A stretch of DNA of 64,000 nucleotides from Bigelowiella natans CCMP2755. Taxonomy: Eukaryota; Protista; Cercozoa. Under the pieces are notes generated by a model. The model was not told the origin of the DNA. It saw only the letters and a list, made by a program, of their open reading frames with translations, and searched no databases. This document shows positions 12,032 to 21,214 of this stretch, in pieces (the stretch's first letter is position 1; each line of letters opens with the position of its first letter). The stretch lies in the NCBI GenBank assembly GCA_000320545.1, contig ADNK01000266.1:62001-126000 (forward strand), in the 5' to 3' direction. Position numbers and translations under genes: made by a program.

Positions 12032-13519
12032 TTAAAGAGTCGATGAGCTTGCCAGAATCCTACTTACCGAGTTTCCTAGTTCAAATTTCGGATTGACACT
12101 TGCCATAACTATAATTGTTTCATTGCTAGCATCTGTAACTTCCTTTCCCTGCTCCTTTGGTATACACGAACTAATATCCACACATTGTAGTGAGCCAGGA
12201 TAGCTCGGGAGGTCCAATTTATACTTTGTAGCGATGCCTGGTGGTATGAAGCGGCCTCCTAACATGTGGTACCTACCATTGAACTGCTTAGCGCACACCT
12301 TTGGAGCTGTGAGCGATACTAGCATATCAGGATTCCTTATGCCTTTACCAGATATGTTTCCCTCTTCTACGTGCCAGCCACTTGGAACGTCAACACACAC
12401 CACAATCGACTTACTTTGATTAATTTTTTCGATAATTCCTCCATAAGGCTCGCGTGGAGTTCCCTTAAAACTAAATCCAAACATTGAATCTATAACCAGG
12501 GGGTATGCATTGAGATCCTGCATTTGAGTATCGATCTTAACACCTAGTCCAGCAAGTTGCTTCTGTAGGGCCTTAAGAAAGTCGGTTTTCGCCTCCTTTC
12601 TAGGATACACGACGTAAGGGCGGTACCCAAAATGCCAGAGATGCCTCGCCGCTACTAGCCCGTCACCACCATTATTTCCTGGACCACAGATTATTAAAAC
12701 GTTCCCAAATTTTTGCAAGTTGCTGTACTTCTCATATACTGCGCAAGCAACCGAGAGACCGGCCAGTTCCATCATCTGCTCGAGTGTGTAACCGTACGGA
12801 CCCATGAGATCTACATCCAGCTCAATGGACGATTTCTGGTCAAGAAAGGAAATCGGAAGTCCTGTACTTGCTAATTTGGTATCGAAAGAAGACCCGCTCA
12901 AACCTGTCATTGTTGTCGTAATAGTAGTTGCAGCAACCAGAGGTTTCACCACTTCCGGGATGAATATTGCAGAAAATATCTCCTGACGGCGCATGTCCAG
13001 CAACGTTTTCTCCAACTTCGAGCGATTTGACCTGGGTGTTATGGAGAATTCTTCAAGGATGTAGTGGTCAGAGTAGCCAAGTGCAACAAGAACAGCCGCC
13101 ACAGCGACGCCTGTTCGGTCTTTTCCAGACTTACAGTGCATTAGTACAGGGAATTCGAGCGTGGGAGAGGCCAAAACTTGAAGCAACTTCCTCAGCCAAA
13201 CTTGAACCTCAGAGCTGGTTACATCGTATACGTTATCGGTGTTGGGAAGAGGTAGATACACCGAATGCGCACCGAAAACGTTACGATCCTTTTTCATGCG
13301 AAAATTGATGACAGTTTTCGGATTTCCAATCTTCTTCGCATCTGCCACTAAGCCTTCAAAAGCTGCAGAACGTAGCAATCTACCGACTGCCAGTGGCTTT
13401 ACCGGTCGTTTCGGGAACTGAAGCTTATCGAACCCTGATAGTGTAGCCCCTATATCTCGAAAATTCAATGTGCGTCTCTTATCCTGAAGGTAATGTAAAT
13501 GATAATGATAATCCATCAA
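12032..13519 (-). CDS. Fusion of a tyrosine phosphatase (Y_phosphatase3/MptpB-IphP-like) domain and a YjeF_N NAD(P)H-hydrate epimerase (NAXE-like) domain; an extra 5' exon near 13540-13650 is likely
   Basis: One 495-codon ORF. N-half: LNFRDIG, GRLLRSA, TVINFR, PVLMHCKSGKDRTG. C-half: LDQKSSIELDVDLM..YTLEQMMELAGLSVACA, ICGPGNNGGDGLVAARHL, IDSMFGFSF, VDVPSGW, LVSLTAPK. A candidate acceptor ttcag|GATAAG lies near 13485. Confidence 0.88.
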   Translation of the reverse strand: MMDYHYHLHYLQDKRRTLNFRDIGATLSGFDKLQFPKRPVKPLAVGRLLRSAAFEGLVADAKKIGNPKTVINFRMKKDRNVFGAHSVYLPLPNTDNVYDVTSSEVQVWLRKLLQVLASPTLEFPVLMHCKSGKDRTGVAVAAVLVALGYSDHYILEEFSITPRSNRSKLEKTLLDMRRQEIFSAIFIPEVVKPLVAATTITTTMTGLSGSSFDTKLASTGLPISFLDQKSSIELDVDLMGPYGYTLEQMMELAGLSVACAVYEKYSNLQKFGNVLIICGPGNNGGDGLVAARHLWHFGYRPYVVYPRKEAKTDFLKALQKQLAGLGVKIDTQMQDLNAYPLVIDSMFGFSFKGTPREPYGGIIEKINQSKSIVVCVDVPSGWHVEEGNISGKGIRNPDMLVSLTAPKVCAKQFNGRYHMLGGRFIPPGIATKYKLDLPSYPGSLQCVDISSCIPKEQGKEVTDASNETIIVMASVNPKFELGNSVSRILASSSTL

Positions 13520-14407
13520 GAGTAATAATCTCGGAGGTAGGTATTATCGTACGTGGTGGTTGCGATGGCCTCCTCCGTGCCTTCGATCGTTCCGATTACC
13601 TTGATTCCTAACAATTAACTCATTATGTCGATTTGGGTATGAAGATACACTGCAAAATTTGAAAGAAAAGACTCTACTACAAGATCTCGGGGGGGGGGAA
13701 TACATCGTTCAGATAGGAGAATAAGTTTAAGTAGTCGGAAAGTTCCTTTATTCTATGATGTCGTAACTGGTAAATCCATGGCATTTTTCTTCGTGCTAAC
13801 AATCATACGAGCACTTATCTTCTGTCGGAAGGACAGATGCCAAGATGGTGACACGTCCAAACAAACTCCAGAGAGTCTCTCGAGTTATAACAACATCCCC
13901 AATCTGCTGCATGCACACGCCTGACATCAGAGACCGTTTTTGGAACAGGGTTCGTCACCTAGTGTCTCGTCATCAACCTGATGCCAATGATGATGTTGTC
14001 ACTTTGCGTGCTTTCTCAGCCATGTCTTCTCATGACAAGTTCTGCCTTGCTTGTTTGGGGGCCAGATCTGGTGTCCCTTCGACTGACAAAGAAATTGACA
14101 GGGCTTTCCGTCGAACCATTGTCCTGCTTGACAATTTTGCTGCTGTTCGCCACTCCAATTGCTGGTTTCAGTTGCAATCCACTCACATTTCAACGGCACC
14201 AACAAACAGCATCCATGGCAACTTCATCCCTTGTTCCGGCTCCGGCGCTTCAGATGGACAGCCATGGCAACTTCATCCCTTCACGCGGCTTTTTTGGAGC
14301 CTCTGATGGGTTGTTAGCTGGTTTTTGTGTCTCATCACCAACAGGGTGCTGACACAAGTCCTTGCAACGAGTGTTGTTGAGGCTCTGCTGCGTGCAAACG
14401 CCTGTCT

Positions 14408-14452
14408 CCCATGTGGTTCTGACGCACGTGGATTTGATCAACGCTTTGTTCA
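14408..14452 (+). repeat. 45-bp direct repeat flanking the LTR element (second copy at 18828-18872)
   Basis: cccatgtggttctgacgcacgtggatttgatcaacgctttgttca versus cccatgtggttctggcgcatgtggatttgatcaatgctttgttca: 42/45 identical, and all three differences are transitions. Confidence 0.85.
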
Positions 14453-14778
14453 TGTTGCGCGTAAGGTGTTCACAGGCCGAGGCGCTACGTGCACAAGTAG
14501 GCAGGGGGGGGGAAAGGCACGTTTGCTTCCTTTTGAAGAGTTGTGTTTATTTTTATTAAAGATTATATTTTTATTAAATCGTGCACTGCGTAATCATTCG
14601 CGAAGCTTTCGCGAATGCCGCCGCACGTGGGGCAGCACACTTCCGGTGTGCTGCCATGAGTCCCGCCGGAACCCACGTGCCTATGCTGTATTAATATCTA
14701 CGTTATCTATATTCTATATCCGCGACAACCCCTTTGTTGTCGCACGTGACTTGTGCCCGCGTAGTGGTACGCGCTACA
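14453..14778 (-). repeat. 3' LTR (326 bp)
   Basis: Plus strand TGTTGCGCG...CGCGCTACA. Appears identical by eye to 18479-18804, including the 9-G run. The termini form an 8/9 inverted repeat. Confidence 0.95.
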
Positions 14779-14786
14779 CCTCCCCC
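14779..14786 (-). promoter_or_regulatory. Polypurine tract
   Basis: Minus strand GGGGGAGG directly abuts the TG of the 3' LTR. Confidence 0.8.
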
Positions 14787-14829
14787 AAGTCACGTTGCTC
14801 CTTCCTTCCTTCCTTATTCCCTTAGACCT

Positions 14830-16392
14830 TCATCGCTTTCGGAACTTCACCAACCACCAGGTAATAGATTCCTCTCTAACCTTATCTCCTTTGTCGCTTA
14901 CCCAGAACTCACCTTCGTCCTTAGGTTCGTGTCCATACCAGCCCTCTGCATCAAGGTCCCCCAGGACCTTATACCAGTGCTCAAAGGGTAAGTCGGGAAC
15001 AGCTAGGTAGAGTAGCTGATATTTTCCGTCCTTTATTTTCATAGCTACCCTCTCCATATTTCGTAATCCAGGGTAGCCTAGATAGACAATCTTCATGCGC
15101 CAATCGTCGTTCACCCTGACCTTATTGTTTCCATATTCCACATCGAACTTAGGTCGGGGTCCTAAACAAGGCATTGCTCGCTCCCACACAGTAGGGTTTA
15201 CTTTAACATCCTCTAGGAGCTTCTCACCGATATCATAATTCTTTAGGTGACTGATGTGGCGCAAGGTGACCCTGTTCCCATCATAGATGTAGTACTGCTT
15301 CCTCCCCTTCCTCTCGGTAACCTTTGCAACGCCACCCCAGAAGGGGTCTTGTTTATTTCTCGATCTCAGATTTACCTTGGCCCTAACATACTGTCCTTCC
15401 TTTAGAACTCGGCCATCGTACGGGACCTTCTCGTCTTCGCTCTCGGTATCGTCGTCGTTGTCGTCGCCTTCTTCCCTCTCCTTATCCTTGATACCTCCCC
15501 CAGACGTGAAGGTGTCGTTTACTAACCCTTGTATCTTGTCTGGTGTGGTGCTATTTATCCTGCTTAGGTTGGCCAAGGTGCGGTGGAGTCGCTCTACCTT
15601 GGAGTTGGACTGGGCATAGTATACAGGTGAGGCATCAATATTAGGGTGTGGTAGCTGTAGAAGAGAGGTCTCATTATCCACATGTAACTTCTTTGGTATC
15701 TTGTTTATGCTAACTTCATCAGGGATAGCCTGGAGCTCAGACTCCCAGGTACGGTAGCAGTTAGTAAGCCTCTGCTTATATAAGCCTTTGTTCTTCTTAG
15801 CAACGTTGACCTTGATAATCTTTTTAACCCAGCACTTTCCAGTGGCCACATCAACGAAGGTAAGGTAGTGATAGCCATCGTACTTATAAACATCAATTTG
15901 CACGATATCTAAGAAGTTCCTTGCTTTGATTTTCTTAGATGCACGGCTCTTGCTGGACTCCTTGGTGGCGACGCCTGCCGCCTTCAAGCTGGAGCACCTG
16001 CAGCCACGCAGGTATGTCCTTATCTCTTTTAGCTTGTAGGGCCAGTAGTAATGGTAGAGTAGAGCAGTGATATGGTTTTCTCCTACGTGTGCAGGTCCAT
16101 GGGCGGTAAAGAGAAGGGCTCCCCTGGTCCGCCGTGGCACGTAGGTACGCCTAACATTATTAGTGTATACATATATCCTATCACTAAGTACCTCATGCTT
16201 GTGTTTGTATTTATCCAGGTGTTCTTGAAGGTGCTGGAGCTCCTCTGGCTCAGGCAGGAAGTCGCCGTCCTCGAAGGTAATCGCGTTAACCATAGGGGTG
16301 ACCTGGGTAGGGACTTTCTTTTCGAACAGCCTGCTGAAATAGTCAGCATATTTTATTAATGTACTTTTTGCCTTTGTCGATATCCCAATCAT
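14830..16392 (-). CDS. int: Integrase with a C-terminal methyltransferase-like extension
   Basis: 520 aa. ADYFSR (RNase H-end-like motif), HHCC zinc region (AHGPAHVG..YYWP..GCRC), DDE core (QIDV, HVDNE, SNSKVERLHRTL), PFWGG (GPY/F-like), then about 130 further aa. Confidence 0.88.
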   Translation of the reverse strand: MIGISTKAKSTLIKYADYFSRLFEKKVPTQVTPMVNAITFEDGDFLPEPEELQHLQEHLDKYKHKHEVLSDRIYVYTNNVRRTYVPRRTRGALLFTAHGPAHVGENHITALLYHYYWPYKLKEIRTYLRGCRCSSLKAAGVATKESSKSRASKKIKARNFLDIVQIDVYKYDGYHYLTFVDVATGKCWVKKIIKVNVAKKNKGLYKQRLTNCYRTWESELQAIPDEVSINKIPKKLHVDNETSLLQLPHPNIDASPVYYAQSNSKVERLHRTLANLSRINSTTPDKIQGLVNDTFTSGGGIKDKEREEGDDNDDDTESEDEKVPYDGRVLKEGQYVRAKVNLRSRNKQDPFWGGVAKVTERKGRKQYYIYDGNRVTLRHISHLKNYDIGEKLLEDVKVNPTVWERAMPCLGPRPKFDVEYGNNKVRVNDDWRMKIVYLGYPGLRNMERVAMKIKDGKYQLLYLAVPDLPFEHWYKVLGDLDAEGWYGHEPKDEGEFWVSDKGDKVREESITWWLVKFRKR

Positions 16393-18439
16393 CAGCTGGG
16401 GGGGTCTTGTCCAGTAGCTCCGTTATCTGTCGGATGGTCTTGCCGGGGTTCTTCTTCCGTAGCTCGGTAGGTGTAGGTAGCTTGTTGTCCGCTAGGTCCA
16501 TAAACTCTAACGCATTAACGCTTGACTCAGAGGTCCACTCGTCAAGCCGTATCATGTTCTGGCTGATGGTCCTGCCTGACTTCTTTGGCAACTTAGCAAA
16601 GTATATCTTGTGATTGTAGAATGATATGATCCCCCCTAATTTTTCTAGGGCATCCTGTCCGAGGAGTAGTTCCATGGATAAAGTCATGGCTACTCGGGTC
16701 TTGATTTGGGTCTCCGCGTCGCTGCCAGGTATCTGTAGCTTTAGCATTAGCTCACCGACGGTCTTCATGGAAGAGCTTCCGTCTGCTTGAGCATATTTAC
16801 GTTCTTTCTTAGTCACTTGATCCAATAGTCCTAACCTTCTTACTGTGCTTAGGCTTATGAAGGACTTCGGCATGCTGCCACTATCCCAAAGGGCAGGTAG
16901 TTTCTTGTAGTCTCCGTAGCTGTCTTTAACTTTAACCTTGGTCATAGCAACTTTGATAGTCCTGTTAGCGTCTTCGTCATTAATGTTGCATACTCCTAAG
17001 TTCTTTATGTCGTCTAGGGTCATGGGCTTGTCTTGGTCCTGCGTTGCTGGTACTGCTGTCTTCGTCGGCGCCTGCTTAAGGTGATCTAATATTCCGTTTA
17101 TCTGCTGCTGTATAGCATTGATACTGTTCTGCTTTTTGTTCTTATATTTATTGTTCTTCCCGTTGTTGCTGCCTTGCCATTTGCTGTTGTTATATCCTTG
17201 TCCTCTGCCTTTCTTTCTCTTTAACTTCTCGTAGTGTTCGTTGAGCTGCCTGATCGTCATCCTGGGTCGTCCTTCTTTCCTGTCTCTGCAGTCTTTAGCG
17301 GTGTGTTTCCCTTTACGTGAGCAGTATCCGCAACGTCGGTTACCTTCCCTGTCCTTGTACCAGTCTCGCTGCGGCTTAATAGCGTTAATGTTTCCTATGC
17401 CAGGTACCTTAGGGCTGGTAAACTTGCGGTCCTGCTCCTGCTCGCGTAGGGATATAGCCTGCACTGCTGCCTCCATCGTGGTGTAGCCTTTCTCCGTAAC
17501 GTAAGTGGATTCCTTTATCTTTAACTTGAACTCTTCAAACCTTGCCTGATCATCACCTGTGTTGTAATTAAAATCATGTAGTTCGTCGATCATATCCTGG
17601 AAGCGCGTGGCAAAGTCTCTAACAGGTTCTCTCTCATGCTGCATCATTGCTCTGTATTTTCTAATAGCCTGGGGTAGGGAGTTAGCATCCTGTTCATTTA
17701 CAAAAGCCTTCATTATCGCCTCAACGTCTCGTAGCCCACTAACTGTAGTGTGTATTTTCTCTAGCTGCCTGATCCGGGTCCTGCCTGTCTCGTAAAGGTC
17801 CATGGCTTGCTTTATTATAGCTAGCCATTTGAGCTTGTCGTTTTCGGTGGGGTTAGGGGTAAAGTCGCAGAGTATACTCCTAGCGTTCTTCCACCACCTC
17901 CTTGCCTCACCTCTTTTCCCGTTGTATTTCGTTATCATAACCGGTGCTGTTTTAACAGACATGAACTGGGTGTTCCGCTGTACCGGCTGCTGCTGCTTGA
18001 CGGTGCTCTGGGTCGTCCCCCGCGAGGCGCCCAGACCCCCGTCGTTCCTAAACAAAGCTGCCCACTCTGGAGGTAAGTCTGCTTCGTAATCCATGATGTC
18101 CTGCATGATAGCTGCCCAAACATCATGTGTCTGATACTTGTATTCTATCGATACTTTCAGTTTGGCGTAGTTGCTCGCCCTGGGTCGCAAGGCTCGTAAT
18201 GCCATTACGACCTTCTTGCTTTCGGCGGCCACGTCCTCGTCGTCCGCCTCGTAGAAGTTCTCCAGTGCCTCTGCTGCTGCATCTGCTTTCTTAATCCCGG
18301 GTGCTGGTCCCGGCGGTGCCTGTGGAGGTGTTCCTCCTCCTTCCTTAGCGTCCGTATCGCCCTTCCTTTCCTGTTTCTGCTCGTGCCCTTGCACGGCCTG
18401 CGAGCCAAAGTCCTGCTGTTCTTCTAGCTGCTGTGACAT
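16343..18439 (-). CDS. gag-pro: Gag-aspartic protease polyprotein of the LTR element
   Basis: 698 aa. Retrotransposon gag-like core (QHEREPVRDFATRF), zinc knuckle CGYCSRKGKHTAKDC (CX2CX5HX4C), protease ALWDSGS and LLLGQDAL. Confidence 0.88.
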   Translation of the reverse strand: MSQQLEEQQDFGSQAVQGHEQKQERKGDTDAKEGGGTPPQAPPGPAPGIKKADAAAEALENFYEADDEDVAAESKKVVMALRALRPRASNYAKLKVSIEYKYQTHDVWAAIMQDIMDYEADLPPEWAALFRNDGGLGASRGTTQSTVKQQQPVQRNTQFMSVKTAPVMITKYNGKRGEARRWWKNARSILCDFTPNPTENDKLKWLAIIKQAMDLYETGRTRIRQLEKIHTTVSGLRDVEAIMKAFVNEQDANSLPQAIRKYRAMMQHEREPVRDFATRFQDMIDELHDFNYNTGDDQARFEEFKLKIKESTYVTEKGYTTMEAAVQAISLREQEQDRKFTSPKVPGIGNINAIKPQRDWYKDREGNRRCGYCSRKGKHTAKDCRDRKEGRPRMTIRQLNEHYEKLKRKKGRGQGYNNSKWQGSNNGKNNKYKNKKQNSINAIQQQINGILDHLKQAPTKTAVPATQDQDKPMTLDDIKNLGVCNINDEDANRTIKVAMTKVKVKDSYGDYKKLPALWDSGSMPKSFISLSTVRRLGLLDQVTKKERKYAQADGSSSMKTVGELMLKLQIPGSDAETQIKTRVAMTLSMELLLGQDALEKLGGIISFYNHKIYFAKLPKKSGRTISQNMIRLDEWTSESSVNALEFMDLADNKLPTPTELRKKNPGKTIRQITELLDKTPPADDWDIDKGKKYINKIC

Positions 18440-18455
18440 TGTTAGTCAAATCGTT

Positions 18456-18473
18456 TCCCGTGTGTGGAAGCCA
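18456..18473 (-). promoter_or_regulatory. Candidate primer-binding site
   Basis: Minus strand TGGCTTCCACACACGGGA, 5 nt inside the 5' LTR. The plus strand reads like a tRNA 3' end (..tcccgtgtgtggaagCCA, discriminator G). The tRNA identity is not established. Confidence 0.6.
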
Positions 18474-18478
18474 AAGGT

Positions 18479-18804
18479 TGTTGCGCGTAAGGTGTTCACA
18501 GGCCGAGGCGCTACGTGCACAAGTAGGCAGGGGGGGGGAAAGGCACGTTTGCTTCCTTTTGAAGAGTTGTGTTTATTTTTATTAAAGATTATATTTTTAT
18601 TAAATCGTGCACTGCGTAATCATTCGCGAAGCTTTCGCGAATGCCGCCGCACGTGGGGCAGCACACTTCCGGTGTGCTGCCATGAGTCCCGCCGGAACCC
18701 ACGTGCCTATGCTGTATTAATATCTACGTTATCTATATTCTATATCCGCGACAACCCCTTTGTTGTCGCACGTGACTTGTGCCCGCGTAGTGGTACGCGC
18801 TACA
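18479..18804 (-). repeat. 5' LTR (326 bp)
   Basis: Direct repeat of 14453-14778. The gag ATG (18439) lies 40 nt downstream on the minus strand. Confidence 0.95.
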
Positions 18805-19624
18805 TTCATTGTTCATTGTTCATTGTTCCCATGTGGTTCTGGCGCATGTGGATTTGATCAATGCTTTGTTCAATGTTCAACGTTCAATGTGCACAAGCAA
18901 GGGGACATGGAGGACGATGGGACACAGGCGGAGACGCCAAAGCCACGGAAGATTGACGGTGGTCAGGAACGAACAACATCCCAAGCTGGTGAGACGCACA
19001 AATTGCGCAGTGTTGAGACTCGATCATCACTCACAGTGCTGGCAAGCTGGAGCATCACATGCGATCGAGGACGCTCGATGTGCTGGTGGCTCAGAATCGC
19101 CAATGATGAACTTGCATGATGATCATGATGGCTGATGTCTGGCGAGCAATGCTGGAATGACTGGGTGACACAATGAGCTGTCGAACACGAGCCGTCGTGA
19201 AGAATCAAACAATGGACTCGTTCAAATGCTGACATCAGCACGTGCGCACACATTGCATGCAAGCAGCTGGCGAACACACGCACATGACTAGATGATTCAC
19301 GCCGCGCACTTGCCTCATGCTAGCATGCAGAGTGCTGTGTCTAGGTGTGCCCATGCTAGCTTGTCACGTGCTAGCGTGGCGTGCAGAGAGCACATGCAAT
19401 CGTGACATCGCATTCCAAGATGCGCTGCTGGGACGCATCGCTGGCGCTGATTGTGGTTTGGATGGGGTGGCGCCTGCGCTTCGATTCTGACGTGTTCATC
19501 GTCGTGCAAATAGCACGTTTGTACATGCGAGCTGTTAGACATCCCTTGCATGTGAAAAACAATGCCATGCCGCTTTGACCGTGTTTCAGTGATGGAATAC
19601 GGCTATGCGGTGAGAAAATTTTAT

Positions 19625-19880
19625 TTAGCTCGTGTTCTTATTGAGGACTTCATGAAATTTCGAGAACGCTTTTCCCATGTGATGTTCTGCAAGCTTCTGC
19701 CAGACTAGAAGTTTATCTGCACTGTAAGCAGAGCTCAATTGGCTAGAATCACTCCCTTTCCGCGACGGAAATCCATCTCCTTCCTGGCACAATTAAGTGC
19801 ATTCCAACGAAAGAATCCCGTAATCAGGAGAAAATTTGTGACAAATTGTAGACATAGATGTATAATTTACATAAATTTTG

Positions 19881-19924
<44 letters not shown>

Positions 19925-21170
19925 TTGTGCAAACAAAAATTTGTATTCATACTATCAGTGGGGCAAGCCTTTGTCCAGGGTTAGCATCTATTCTTCCTGG
20001 ATGAATATCCGAAGTACTCCCCGACCATTTTCTGCTTCTACCAGTAGATACGGTGCGAGCTTTGCGAGTTGATGGGTTCATAAACCGATTTTCCATTACC
20101 AGAAATCTTGCCTAAAATTAGCAGCAATAATTATGTTTTTCAACATAATCATGTATGTTATCATCTCAATAATGAATCTAGTTTGATAGGCTTACTAAGA
20201 TTTCGCAGGCTCGATTTCGAAGATCTTGCGTCAGCGCTCCAATACTCTTTTCTTTCGACATCGGCTGCTTCTTTGATGATGGAAGTTGGTACGGAATACG
20301 TATTCTTGTTCTTGCAATAAAGGGAGACTTAAAGAGCGACGCTAGTCTTTTAATTGTTGTTGCGCTACTAGTCGAGAAGAATAATGTAAAAGCTCCTCCA
20401 GGCATTCCGGGTCCTTTGATCATGATGGAAAATAGAAAATAATGTTCAAACCCCAATTCTATGAGTCAATATGTAATGCGTCATGTCGGGAGACATTGTG
20501 TCGCCTTATGTGGGAGAAGGGTTAGGGGAGGGGAGGTTCCATTTAACCTTTGTATGCCTGTCGGGTATGATGACGCGATTTTGTCATCCTATGCGATCTG
20601 CGAGAAATGATAAAGCCGTTTGAGCCGCCACTAGTGGATCTCCTTTTCTGTGACGCCCGTCTTGATTGCAAACCACCAACGTAATCCTCTTCTTGTTCCA
20701 ACTTTTTTTTTGGTGGTAAGAGGGCCTTTTCGCGGAGTTCCTGTGCAATCTGTGCCGGATTCTTAGTGGGGGAAGTAGACCCTAATGTCGGCGAGCGCGC
20801 TCCAAAAGGTTCGCCTGGCATGAGATCCATCTAGAAGAAGAGGATATACAAGGGAAGAAATAGCTTCATCATCCTGTTCTTCATCCATTTGAATGATCCT
20901 TCTTGCATGCACGGCGGCTTATGGTTAGTATTGTTGAAGTCAGAATAGCATCGTCGTCGTATTTCTTCTATTTTAGCCTTATTTTCACAAACCTGCAGCC
21001 GAGAGGCCGCTGCCAAAAGCTTGGAACATGAAGTAGACACCATTTGCATTTGGTCAGGAAGTACACAAAGAAACACTATCCTGCTTTCTGCGATCAAACT
21101 AATTAATTATTGGGAGATAGTAAAAGCAATATGCAGTTAGAAACAGAATCGCAGCTGTGCAGAGCAAACA

Positions 21171-21214
<44 letters not shown>

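Larger units (their letters stand above)
14453..18804 (-). mobile_element. Ty3/gypsy-type LTR retroelement, 4352 bp, lacking RT and RNase H (gag-PR plus integrase only)
   Basis: Two 326-bp direct repeats with TG..CA ends, a 4-bp TSD TTCA (14449-14452 and 18805-18808), a PPT, a candidate PBS, a gag-protease ORF and a DDE integrase ORF. No YxDD RT motif seen. Confidence 0.95.

Noticed and set aside
14325-14825. Plus-strand ORFs across the LTRs (also 18462-18857)
   Set aside because: They are identical only because the LTRs are duplicated; no coding features.
18451-18473. tRNA-like 3' end
   Set aside because: Only about 18 nt with an encoded CCA next to an LTR. It is better explained as a PBS than as a tRNA gene.
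14408-18872. 45-bp repeat pair or (TTGTTCA)n as a CRISPR-like array
   Set aside because: Only two copies, no regular unique spacers, no cas genes, eukaryotic context.
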